The position numbers and the translations under genes are program-made. Shown here piece by piece: positions 24,289-32,861 of a DNA stretch of 41,356 nt. The notes beneath the pieces are model-generated. The model saw only the letters and a program-made list of their open reading frames with translations, ran no database searches and was not told the origin of the DNA. This DNA comes from a virus. The stretch is taken from IMG/VR virus record IMGVR_UViG_3300045988_077302, positions 1-41,356 of that record; one strand, given 5' to 3'. Numbering within the stretch: position 1 is the first letter of the stretch; every line of letters starts with the position of its first letter.

Positions 24289-24916
24289 GAAACCACAGGG
24301 ATATGATGAGGCGGCAGCTTATACGGGCGAATTTCAGGCCCTTCCAAAAGGAAAATATGTTTGTAAAATTCGTCAGGTTGCCGAAGTGACGGATACAGAT
24401 AAGAGCGGGCATGAGTGGAGAAAGTTTGTAATTCTGTACGATATTGCGGAAGGAGAGTATGCAGACTTTTATGATAAGCAGTTTAAAGCAGAAAAAGAAA
24501 CGAATCCAAAAGCCAAATGGAGAGGCGTCTTTAAACAGAACATGGATGATAAGGGAACGCCATGGCTTAAGGGTGTTGTTACTGCCATTGAGAGGTCTAA
24601 CAATTTCACTTTCCAGTGGGACAAGGAAGACAATGAGAAAACGCTTGTCAATAAAAAATTCGGTGGTATTTTCCGCCGCCGTCAGTACGAAAAGGATAAT
24701 GGAGAGCGCGCAATGACAACGGAGCTGTGGCGGATCCGCAGCGTGGCAGGCCTGGCAGAAGCGGAAGTGCCGGAAGATGAACTGCTTCCAGTAACAGGAC
24801 CGGGAGGCGGCAGGCCAAATCCGGCAGATGCCGCGGCACCCCCTTCTTTTACAGACAGTGACGGTTTTATGAATATCCCAGAAGGAACCGGAGATGAAGG
24901 GATCCCTTTCATGTAA
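24281..24916 (+). CDS. DUF669-like putative ssDNA-binding protein
   Basis: 211 aa. It follows the ATPase as in Sfi21-type modules, and ends in an acidic tip ...GTGDEGIPFM. Confidence 0.6.
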   Translation: MIKKPQGYDEAAAYTGEFQALPKGKYVCKIRQVAEVTDTDKSGHEWRKFVILYDIAEGEYADFYDKQFKAEKETNPKAKWRGVFKQNMDDKGTPWLKGVVTAIERSNNFTFQWDKEDNEKTLVNKKFGGIFRRRQYEKDNGERAMTTELWRIRSVAGLAEAEVPEDELLPVTGPGGGRPNPADAAAPPSFTDSDGFMNIPEGTGDEGIPFM

Positions 24917-25124
24917 GGCCAGAAGTTCCGTTATTAATCCCAGGGTATCGTTCAGGACTCATCCGGAGAGGGTTTCCGGATCCGGATGAGTTTGATATGC
25001 GTCTGATTGATAATTCCGACATAGGAAGCCTGCAGGGCGGAATCCATTGTGCTGATGATATAGGACAGAGCGGCTGGATGTTTGCAATGGAGGGACTTCT
25101 CGGTCATACGAGGTTTGAAGATTA

Positions 25125-25736
25125 ATGATAATGAAAGGTTATAATCCGGATCTGTTCCGGAAGGTAAAGGAAGCGGTCTCCATGCAGCAGGTGGCGGAGT
25201 ATTATGGCCTGCAGCTTAATCGGAAGGGGCTGTGTCAGTGCCCCTTCCATCAGGATAAGAATCCGAGCCTTAAAATATATCCGGACGGAAAGGGATTTTA
25301 CTGCTTTACGTGTGGAACTGGTGGTGACCAAATCAAGTTTGTAGCGTTGTACCATGATACGAGTAACTATGAAGCCGCAAAAGAACTGGCTGCCGCTTTT
25401 GATATTCCCCTGGCTGAGCCGATGACATACAGGGAGAAGCGGGAAGCGGAGCTGGTGCGCCGGCACAGAGCGGCGGTTGCTGCATTTAAAAAGCGGTCAA
25501 CATTATACGTCAAAATGTACTGGATCCTGCTGTGTGAGGCAATCCATGAGAGAAATGAGCATTTTACGGAAGCGCTGCAGAACATCACGTATATTGAATA
25601 TTTGTTAGAAAATATAGAAGAATGTCCGGAAGAGGTCTACGAAGACAAGAAGGCGGTGAGAAGGATTGGGGACATCGAAAGACGAATTACTGACTGGTAT
25701 ATCCGCATTAAAGCCGACGGAACCATTTCCAGATGA
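25125..25736 (+). CDS. CHC2 (DnaG-type) zinc-finger protein
   Basis: 203 aa. Contains CQCPFHQDKNPSLKIYPDGKGFYCFTCGTGGD. No Toprim or primase catalytic motifs were seen. Confidence 0.8.
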   Translation: MIMKGYNPDLFRKVKEAVSMQQVAEYYGLQLNRKGLCQCPFHQDKNPSLKIYPDGKGFYCFTCGTGGDQIKFVALYHDTSNYEAAKELAAAFDIPLAEPMTYREKREAELVRRHRAAVAAFKKRSTLYVKMYWILLCEAIHERNEHFTEALQNITYIEYLLENIEECPEEVYEDKKAVRRIGDIERRITDWYIRIKADGTISR

Positions 25737-27558
25737 GATTTTTTATGAAATTTTTGAGATAGAGGACAATATCGAGCGGACCCAATATATAGAATCCCTT
25801 CGTAACACCGCGCGGCAGCTTAAAAGGGTAACGGAATTTAACAATCTTTATAAGTCATTTGTGCTTGATTATGCACAGCGTCAGAAGCAGACCGGGAATA
25901 AAACAAAATTCACCGATCAACCACTGGAATTAGTATGCGGCGAGTGGACTGCGAATGATTTCGGAGTGAGGACGATCCGATATGACAAGAATGCCATGCC
26001 GGTGCCATATCAGGCGTGTAGTCATCCGATCCTGCCTGTAGAGATCCTGAAGAACGTAGATACGGCGGAGGAGCGGATCACGCTGGCGTATTTTAAATCA
26101 GCTGCCTGGCAGACCATTACCGTAGACCGGAGCGTCTGTGCAAATACAAATAAGATCGTAGATGCGCTGAGCCAGTTTGGCATTGAGGTTACGTCGGACA
26201 ATGCAAAAAATATGGTCCGTTACATATCGGACTGCGTGGGGCTGAATCCATTAACACTGAATCCTAAAAAATCCATTAATCGTCTGGGCTGGGTGGGGAA
26301 TTCCTTTACCCCGTATGCAGATGATATCCGGTATGAGGGGGATATGGATTATGAGGCAATTTTCAGGAATGTAAAAGAGGCTGGCAGTTTTGAGACCTGG
26401 CTGAATCTTTGTACCGATCTTCGGAAAAATATCCCTCTTCGTATGATGATGGCGGCCAGTTTCGCCTCTGTGCTTCTGGAGCCGTTGAAAGTCCTGCCTT
26501 TTGTTTTGCATGTATGGGGCACGACTGGGACCTGCAAGACCGTGGCTCTTATGGTGTCTATGAGCATCTGGGGCAACCCGAAGATGGGCGGCCTGGTTAA
26601 GACCATGAACATGACGCGCAATGCCATTATGCGGAATGCAGCCTTTCTGTGCAGTATCCCATTCGCCGGTGATGAGCTGCAGACGATCAAAGACAAGTGG
26701 CAGGGAAACTTTGACCAGCTGATCTACCAGATAACAGAAGGAGTGGACCGGGGACGGGCGCGGGCCTATGGCGGAGTAGAGGAAACCAGGACCTGGAAAA
26801 ACAGTTTTCTGTTTACCGGAGAGGAGCCGGTTACAAAAGCAAACTCCGGAGGCGGAAGCAAGAACCGCGTTATAGAGATCGCGATTGACGGACCGCTGGT
26901 GGAGGACGGGCACTATGTCAGCAGCATTGTTCAGGAAAACTATGGATTTGCCGGCCGGAAACTGGTTGAATACATTCAGGAAGCGGAAGAGGGGGCACTT
27001 ACAGAGAGATACCGGGAGCTGTTTGAACAACTATGCCATCTGGATACGACTGACAAGCAGGCGATGGCAATGGCCTGTATTCTACTGGCTGATGAACTGG
27101 CGGCAGAGTTGTTCTTCCCAAAGGAGCAGCCATTGGGGATCCGGCAGGTAAGCCAATACCTGCAGAGCGCACTGGAAGTTGATGTCGCTGAACGCGCTTA
27201 CCAGTCCGTGCTTAACTGGGCAGCAAAGAATCCGGTGAGATTTGAGGATCCTAAAGCAGACAATTCCCCTAATAAAGGGGAGGTATGGGGGAAGATTGAT
27301 GGAGAAATTCTGATTTTAAACCGGGATGTGCTGCTTGGTTATCTGGAACAGAATGGATTTGATTATACCGCGGTCAGCAGGAAGTGGAATGATAAAGGGT
27401 ATTTGAAAAAGACGCCTCAAAGTAAGTTTATACACAATACAAAAGTTTATGGAATTAAGTCCAGTTATATCAAACTTATCCTGCCGCAGGACGATGATAA
27501 TACAGATCGAGATGGATTTATAGTGTCTGATGGACAAGAAACACTGCCGTTTGATTAG
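25666..27558 (+). CDS. DUF927/SF3-like replicative helicase / initiator
   Basis: 630 aa. P-loop is VWGTTGTCKT and the Walker B-like motif is PFAGDELQ. It has only a TTG start and overlaps the CHC2 ORF by 71 nt. Confidence 0.7.
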   Translation: MGTSKDELLTGISALKPTEPFPDEIFYEIFEIEDNIERTQYIESLRNTARQLKRVTEFNNLYKSFVLDYAQRQKQTGNKTKFTDQPLELVCGEWTANDFGVRTIRYDKNAMPVPYQACSHPILPVEILKNVDTAEERITLAYFKSAAWQTITVDRSVCANTNKIVDALSQFGIEVTSDNAKNMVRYISDCVGLNPLTLNPKKSINRLGWVGNSFTPYADDIRYEGDMDYEAIFRNVKEAGSFETWLNLCTDLRKNIPLRMMMAASFASVLLEPLKVLPFVLHVWGTTGTCKTVALMVSMSIWGNPKMGGLVKTMNMTRNAIMRNAAFLCSIPFAGDELQTIKDKWQGNFDQLIYQITEGVDRGRARAYGGVEETRTWKNSFLFTGEEPVTKANSGGGSKNRVIEIAIDGPLVEDGHYVSSIVQENYGFAGRKLVEYIQEAEEGALTERYRELFEQLCHLDTTDKQAMAMACILLADELAAELFFPKEQPLGIRQVSQYLQSALEVDVAERAYQSVLNWAAKNPVRFEDPKADNSPNKGEVWGKIDGEILILNRDVLLGYLEQNGFDYTAVSRKWNDKGYLKKTPQSKFIHNTKVYGIKSSYIKLILPQDDDNTDRDGFIVSDGQETLPFD

Positions 27559-27566
27559 TGGAGAGG

Positions 27567-27855
27567 GGTCCAACCATAAAATTTTAGGTTGGACCATAGG
27601 TTGGACCATGAAACCCGCATAAAATAAGGCTTTTTAATATAGAGTCCAACCAGTCCAACTAGTCCAACCAGTTTTATATATCTCGTGACGCGAGAAAAAA
27701 GTTTGTAGAAAATTTAACACATATAGTTTGCTCTAAAAATATATAGATATGCAACCGGATTTTAGGTTGGACGGTTGGACCATACGTAAAATCAAGGGGT
27801 TGCGGATACTTATCGGAACAAAACCTGGTTGGACGGACCAGAAAAATGGTTGGAC
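27567..27855. repeat. Origin of replication: 10 iterons of GGTTGGAC in both orientations flanking an AT-rich core
   Basis: GTCCAACC at 27568, 27644 and 27662, with the variant GTCCAACT at 27653. GGTTGGAC at 27587, 27599, 27765, 27773, 27827 and 27848. The AT-rich core is 27670..27755. Confidence 0.8.
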
Positions 27856-27878
27856 TGGGGAGAATAAGGAGGATAATT

Positions 27879-28091
27879 TTGATCAAAAAATTGGAAATGC
27901 TGGGCTTCCTTCTGGAAGATGCCGACAATGAGGCGAAGAAGATAAACGAATTCAAAGATGCGCTGGAATCCGGAGATGAAAAGCGATTATGGAACGCGGA
28001 GAGGCCGAACCGCCAGAGGATAAAAGACGATTTAAAGATGATGCGCCGGCTGTCCATTGAGGTAGAGAAGGAGGCAGAAAAGCTATGGTAA
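27879..28091 (+). CDS. Hypothetical coiled-coil protein (about 70 aa)
   Basis: TTG start 6 nt after AAGGAGG (alternative ATG at 27897). Confidence 0.5.
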   Translation: MIKKLEMLGFLLEDADNEAKKINEFKDALESGDEKRLWNAERPNRQRIKDDLKMMRRLSIEVEKEAEKLW

Positions 28092-28516
28092 GTAATAAAA
28101 CGGCAGGCTCCAGGTTCGAAAAGGAGTTTGCGGGGATCCTGGCGGATCACTGGTTCTGGGTTCATCTCTTCCAGGATAACAAAAATGGCCAGCCCTGTGA
28201 TGTAATTGCGGTGAAGAATGGCCGGGCCTATCTAATCGACTGTAAGGACTGCCAGTCAGAGATATTTCCTCTCAGCCGGATCGAGGAAAACCAGATCAAT
28301 GCAATGATCCTGTTCAGCATGATGGGGAATGTCCCCGGAATGTTCGCAATCCGGTTCCCTGATCGCCAGATATATCTCCTGCAGTACACGAAGCTGCGGG
28401 AACTGCAGGAAGCTGGTTTTAAACGGATCAATGAAACAGTATGCAGAACCCAGGGAATGCCCCTGGAGCAATGGCTGGAATGGAGTGACAGAGATGCAGG
28501 TGATAATCGGGAGTGA
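28085..28516 (+). CDS. PD-(D/E)xK Holliday junction resolvase (Hjc/RecU-like)
   Basis: 143 aa. Contains GSRFEKEF and CDVIAVKNGRAYLIDCKD. Confidence 0.65.
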   Translation: MVSNKTAGSRFEKEFAGILADHWFWVHLFQDNKNGQPCDVIAVKNGRAYLIDCKDCQSEIFPLSRIEENQINAMILFSMMGNVPGMFAIRFPDRQIYLLQYTKLRELQEAGFKRINETVCRTQGMPLEQWLEWSDRDAGDNRE

Positions 28517-29876
28517 GATCAGGATTAAGGACGCCCCAAAGATCTTGCAGAACTGGTGTGGTGAGAATCTGGTGATCCCGAATCCAGAGTATGCGAACCG
28601 GGCCCGCCGGGGATTATGGACAGGTAACACGCCGCAGCATCTATGGCTGTATTGGGTTGATGGCAGCGATCTGGTGTTACCGGTTGGAGTCGGAAAAGAG
28701 ATAAGGGCACTGCTCCCTGCTGAGTGTGAATACATCACCGATCTGGCTGACAATGGAGAGCTGCAGTATGCCGGGAATATTTCACTGTATGATTACCAGA
28801 CGCCGGCAGTGGAGGCAATGTGGAAAGCAAGCTGCGGAATCCTGCAGAGCCCGTGTGGCTCCGGTAAGACACAGATGGGAATTGCTCTGGCGGCTTCCCT
28901 TGGGCGGAAGACGCTCTGGATTACACACACTCAGGATCTGTTGAAACAATCTTATGACCGGGCGGCCCAGTACTTCCTCCGGGAGACTCTGGGGACCATT
29001 ACGGCTGGTAAGGTCAGTATAGGAAGCCATATAACCTTTGCCACAGTACAGACGCTTTGTAAGCTGGATCTGGCTCAGTACAGGTACATGTGGGACGTTA
29101 TAATCGTAGATGAGTGCCATCGGCTGGCCGGAACACCGACGCAGATGACAATGTTCTATAAGGTCATGAACAGCCTGGCGGCGCGGCATAAGTATGGACT
29201 GTCAGCTACGGTACATCGGTCTGACGGCCTGATCCGCAGTACCTTCGCAGTATTAGGACCGGTAATCTACCGGGTGCCGGACGAGGCGGTAGCAGACAAG
29301 ACCATGCAGGTTAGGATCCTGAAGAGAGATACTGACATCGTTACTGCGCGGGAATGCCTGGACACGGATGGGACGCTGGAGTACAGCAGGCTGATGCAGT
29401 ATCTGACTGGAAAACGGGACCGAAGCCAGCTGATCGTGGAGGATCTGGTACATAACCAGAAACACTATAACCTGATATTGTCGGACCGGTTGGAGCATCT
29501 CAGGACATTGATGCAGATGCTGCCGGAGGAATGCCGGGAAACAGCAGTAATGATTGATGGCAGCATGACGAGTAAAAAGGACCGGTGCGCCAGGGAACGG
29601 GCGATCGAGGATATGCGGTCAGGGAAGAAGCATTACCTGTTTGCCAGTTACAGTCTGGCGAAGGAAGGACTTGATATCCCGCGTCTGGACCGGCTGTACA
29701 TGACAACACCGAAGAAAGACTATGCAGTGGTAACACAGAGTGTCGGCCGGATTGCGAGGGTGGCAGACGGGAAGAAAGATGCAGTCTGTTATGACTATGT
29801 TGACGATATCCAGTTCTGCGAGAACCAGTGGAAGCGGCGCCGGGCACATTACAGAAAGGCAGGGTGCAGATTATGA
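28494..29876 (+). CDS. Superfamily 2 DEAD/DEAH-box helicase
   Basis: 460 aa from ATG 28494. Motifs seen are CGSGKTQ, IIVDECHR, GLSAT and QSVGRIAR. Confidence 0.85.
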   Translation: MQVIIGSEIRIKDAPKILQNWCGENLVIPNPEYANRARRGLWTGNTPQHLWLYWVDGSDLVLPVGVGKEIRALLPAECEYITDLADNGELQYAGNISLYDYQTPAVEAMWKASCGILQSPCGSGKTQMGIALAASLGRKTLWITHTQDLLKQSYDRAAQYFLRETLGTITAGKVSIGSHITFATVQTLCKLDLAQYRYMWDVIIVDECHRLAGTPTQMTMFYKVMNSLAARHKYGLSATVHRSDGLIRSTFAVLGPVIYRVPDEAVADKTMQVRILKRDTDIVTARECLDTDGTLEYSRLMQYLTGKRDRSQLIVEDLVHNQKHYNLILSDRLEHLRTLMQMLPEECRETAVMIDGSMTSKKDRCARERAIEDMRSGKKHYLFASYSLAKEGLDIPRLDRLYMTTPKKDYAVVTQSVGRIARVADGKKDAVCYDYVDDIQFCENQWKRRRAHYRKAGCRL

Positions 29877-30091
29877 GCAAGCGGGATGAAGAACGCGCGG
29901 CGATGGTAAAAGGCGTCTTCTGCGAAGCATATAAGTTTTACTTAAAATACCATAGCCGGCCAATGGAGCCGGGAATGTGGCAGGAGGCTACAGATGATTT
30001 CGCTGCGATCATGAAGAGGTGTGGTGCCACTTCTATATGTGGACGGATTATGCTTGCAACGTTTTCGCAGCTGGAAGAAGAGAAAAGATAG
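29873..30091 (+). CDS. Hypothetical protein (72 aa)
   Basis: ATGA overlap with the helicase stop codon. Confidence 0.55.
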   Translation: MSKRDEERAAMVKGVFCEAYKFYLKYHSRPMEPGMWQEATDDFAAIMKRCGATSICGRIMLATFSQLEEEKR

Positions 30092-30103
30092 GGGAAAAAG
30101 ATT

Positions 30104-30352
30104 ATGGCAGTTAAGAATACACTGACAGATTTGAATAATCACCTGTTTGCCGAGATGGAACGGCTGGGAGATGAGGAATTAAAAGGTGAAGAACTGGACA
30201 AGGAAATAGAACGGGCGAAGGCGATCACCTGTGTTGCATCGCAGATCATAGCAAACGGGTCCCTGGCATTAAGGGCAGAACAGTTTAAGAGCGATGTGAT
30301 TTCAGCAAAGGAAGCACAGGTTCCAGCTTTTTTGGAGGCGAGAAGTGATTGA
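30104..30352 (+). CDS. Hypothetical protein (82 aa)
   Basis: ORF with an upstream purine-rich RBS. Confidence 0.55.
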   Translation: MAVKNTLTDLNNHLFAEMERLGDEELKGEELDKEIERAKAITCVASQIIANGSLALRAEQFKSDVISAKEAQVPAFLEARSD

Positions 30353-30894
30353 GAAGAGAATACAAGGACGACGAGATCGCCTTCCTGAAGGAGATTTCGC
30401 CTGGAAAGACATATGCAGCAATAGCAGATGCGTTTAATGCCAGGTTCAGGGATAGAGATTATGTAATGCCCCGTCAGGTGAAGGATGCTATGAAATATCG
30501 GAAGATTCCATATAGTGGGAATTCAGAAACTGTAGCCCGCCATGTGCCTGTTGGTTCGGTGGAGGTATTACTGTACGGAACAAATAAAAATGGAGAACGG
30601 TATAAATATGAAATGGTGAAAGTAGCAGAGCCAAATGTCTGGAAAAGGAAAAGCCTGTTGGAATGGGAGAAACATCACGGTCCGCTTCCGGAAGGGAAAA
30701 TGATTATATTTCTGGATGGCAACACGCTAAACTCAGATATTGAAAATCTTTATGCAGTCAGTACGAGAGTACATTTCCGGCTCAATAAATATAGAGTTAT
30801 GAAACCGAATCGGGAATATATGCTGGCTGCCATTAAGATAGCCGAGATTGAGGATTCTATAAATCAGCTTAAGAAGAAAAGGAAAAATAGATAA
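30349..30894 (+). CDS. HNH_3-like endonuclease homologue with a degenerate motif
   Basis: 181 aa with a TTG start. Contains WEKHHGPLPEGKMIIFLDGNTLNSDIENLYAV, where Phe/Leu occupy the position of the first catalytic His. Confidence 0.55.
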   Translation: MRREYKDDEIAFLKEISPGKTYAAIADAFNARFRDRDYVMPRQVKDAMKYRKIPYSGNSETVARHVPVGSVEVLLYGTNKNGERYKYEMVKVAEPNVWKRKSLLEWEKHHGPLPEGKMIIFLDGNTLNSDIENLYAVSTRVHFRLNKYRVMKPNREYMLAAIKIAEIEDSINQLKKKRKNR

Positions 30895-30947
30895 AAATAA
30901 GCAGAGTGTTATATTGTCTAATTTAAAGTTTTCGGAAGGAGACAGCA

Positions 30948-31130
30948 ATGACGGTAAGGGAATTAATCGAACTGCTGAAAAAAGCGCCGCCAGACGATAT
31001 TGTCCTGGCAGATATAGGGCAGGAAGAAAGTGCAGATATATCGGGGATGTTGACAGCATCTGATGTGTTAATAGGGAACGGGACAATCCGGGGGATAACA
31101 TACCTGAAAATAGAACCATACGAAACTTAG
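30948..31130 (+). CDS. Hypothetical protein (60 aa)
   Basis: RBS GGAAGGAG. Confidence 0.55.
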   Translation: MTVRELIELLKKAPPDDIVLADIGQEESADISGMLTASDVLIGNGTIRGITYLKIEPYET

Positions 31131-31147
31131 GATTTAGGAGAGCAGAT

Positions 31148-31438
31148 ATGGATAACATATTCCAAAGTGATATAGTTAAAAACGCAAACGAAGAATTAAA
31201 AGCAATAAGTGATAGTTTGTCCGTTCATAGCGTGGGCGGTTCAGAAGGAAAAATATATAGCCTATCAACATCAATACCGCTAAAGGGTAACAAAGATATT
31301 ATTCATTCTTTAGAGAAGCTTGGTTGGGAAAAGACTAGAAGATTCAAAGTTAAGACGGACGGGAACTGGACTAGGAATCAATACGATGGATATGAAATGC
31401 ATCAAGGTATGGCAAAGTATTTTAGGCAACTAAACTGA
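31148..31438 (+). CDS. Hypothetical protein (96 aa)
   Basis: RBS AGGAGAG. The DNA is AT-rich. Confidence 0.55.
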   Translation: MDNIFQSDIVKNANEELKAISDSLSVHSVGGSEGKIYSLSTSIPLKGNKDIIHSLEKLGWEKTRRFKVKTDGNWTRNQYDGYEMHQGMAKYFRQLN

Positions 31439-31466
31439 TATTTCCCGAACGAAAGGAGGCGGTTTA

Positions 31467-31637
31467 TTGAGCCTTAAGGAAGAGATGGCGAAGCACAGGA
31501 AATATGAGGACCTATTAAAAGATCAGTCACCTGAAAGAACGTGGTCCATGGACAAGCCAGCCTACTGCTACACACCGGCGTGTCCGGATCCAAAGTTACG
31601 GGCGCCGATCTGGAGGAGGAACAAACATGGCATTTAG
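31467..31637 (+). CDS. Hypothetical protein (56 aa)
   Basis: Not in the track. TTG start 7 nt after AAAGGAGG (alternative ATG at 31485). It is preferred over the overlapping track ORF 31541..31723. Confidence 0.45.
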   Translation: MSLKEEMAKHRKYEDLLKDQSPERTWSMDKPAYCYTPACPDPKLRAPIWRRNKHGI

Positions 31638-31893
31638 CAAAACATATGCAGTATATGATCGCGGTGTCCTGCTGGGTCAGTACTATGCTGATGAGGTATC
31701 GGAACTTATCGGGATTCCACTGAGAAGAGTTTCGGCCTATGCGGCCAGCGGGGCCAGATTCTTAAGGCGGTATACGATTGAGGCAGTGGACGATACTGAG
31801 CCAGGGTGGGCCGAGGAGTGGGATCGGGTAAGGCTTGAGAAACTGGCATGGTTAAGAGGAGGTGGAGCCAGTGGAGCAAAACAGTCCGGCTAA
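31627..31893 (+). CDS. Hypothetical protein (88 aa)
   Basis: RBS GGAGGAGGAA. Confidence 0.55.
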   Translation: MAFSKTYAVYDRGVLLGQYYADEVSELIGIPLRRVSAYAASGARFLRRYTIEAVDDTEPGWAEEWDRVRLEKLAWLRGGGASGAKQSG

Positions 31894-32245
31894 AGAACTG
31901 GAGAATTTTTTGAATTTCATAGACCAATGTGTCCAGGAATACAAGGCAGCTTATGAAAATGTGAACGAAGAGGACCGGCGTCTGCAAGATCTGGTTCATG
32001 CAATGGAATTTGCAGCGGATAAGTCTGAGCGGAACCGGGTAGCGACGAAGCTTCAGCAGAGTCGGAAATACCGCAGGCAGAACAAAGATATTGTCAAGCG
32101 AAATGAGCGGATTGTAAAGTTCTTTGAGGAGCAGAAGAACCGGGACACGCTGAATCGGATGCGGCAGCTTCTGGGCCAGCAGAGGAAGGAAGAAGAGTAC
32201 CTGGATGGGGAACGTGCGTACAAGCCGCGGGTAGGGAAGGGGTGA
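31862..32245 (+). CDS. Hypothetical basic coiled-coil protein (127 aa)
   Basis: GTG start that overlaps the previous gene. Confidence 0.5.
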   Translation: MEPVEQNSPAKELENFLNFIDQCVQEYKAAYENVNEEDRRLQDLVHAMEFAADKSERNRVATKLQQSRKYRRQNKDIVKRNERIVKFFEEQKNRDTLNRMRQLLGQQRKEEEYLDGERAYKPRVGKG

Positions 32246-32718
32246 GGCCGTTGGACAAAGAGGTACTGGAACAATACTCAGACAGACTTGCGAGGGTAAG
32301 ACTGATACAGGAGCACCGGGAAAAGAAACAGAGGCGCCTGAACAAGCTAAATGAGAAGGGATATACCGTAGCTGATTCGGTAGCTTGCGGCAGAAAAGGG
32401 AGAAAGCCTTTACAGACGGTAAAAATATTCGGAACTCCTTACTCGGAAATCAGTAAAGTAAAAGCAGAGCTGAAAAAGCAGGATTTTATTCTGGCACGAG
32501 AGGAGCAGGCACTTTTAGAAGACACAACGAGGGTGGAGGAGTACATATCTGGGATTGCTGATGCTGAGATCAGAAACCTATTGACATTGTATTACGTGGA
32601 AGATCTGAACTGGGTACAGGTTGCACACAGAATGAATTATCTGTACCCAAAGAGAAAAGGGAGTTATACGGCGGATAGTTGCAGATGTAAACATGACAGA
32701 TTTTTAGAAAAAGTTTAA
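32242..32718 (+). CDS. Sigma-70 region-4-like HTH protein, candidate late-gene regulator
   Basis: 158 aa. Contains AEIRNLLTLYYVEDLNWVQVAHRMN. It is the last gene before the packaging module, the position typical of RinA/ArpU-type activators. Confidence 0.55.
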   Translation: MRPLDKEVLEQYSDRLARVRLIQEHREKKQRRLNKLNEKGYTVADSVACGRKGRKPLQTVKIFGTPYSEISKVKAELKKQDFILAREEQALLEDTTRVEEYISGIADAEIRNLLTLYYVEDLNWVQVAHRMNYLYPKRKGSYTADSCRCKHDRFLEKV

Positions 32719-32861
32719 AACGACGGTTCCGACGGTTTTTCTGTGATACACTTTAAACTGGAAGATCTGAAAAACGGATTTCCTCCCCCAATTGACGGCC
32801 GCCGGCTTTTACCGGTCGGTGGCTGATTTATCCTTCATAATTCATGTTTTCTCCCTAAGAA

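Noticed and set aside
24997-25125. 42-aa ORF in the gap between the DUF669-like and CHC2 genes
   Set aside because: It has no recognisable RBS and no motif, and it starts inside the inverted-repeat region.
27567-27855. Could the short repeats be a CRISPR array?
   Set aside because: The units are only 8-12 bp, occur in both orientations, have irregular spacing, surround an AT-rich core and lie next to a helicase gene. That fits iterons, not CRISPR repeats.
27674-28165. 163-aa minus-strand ORF and 60-aa + strand ORF (27749..27931) over the origin
   Set aside because: They run through the iterons and the AT-rich core and overlap the RBS-supported + strand genes. Their amino-acid composition is implausible.
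31541-31723. 60-aa track ORF
   Set aside because: It has no RBS and overlaps two RBS-supported ORFs (31467..31637 and 31627..31893) in other frames.
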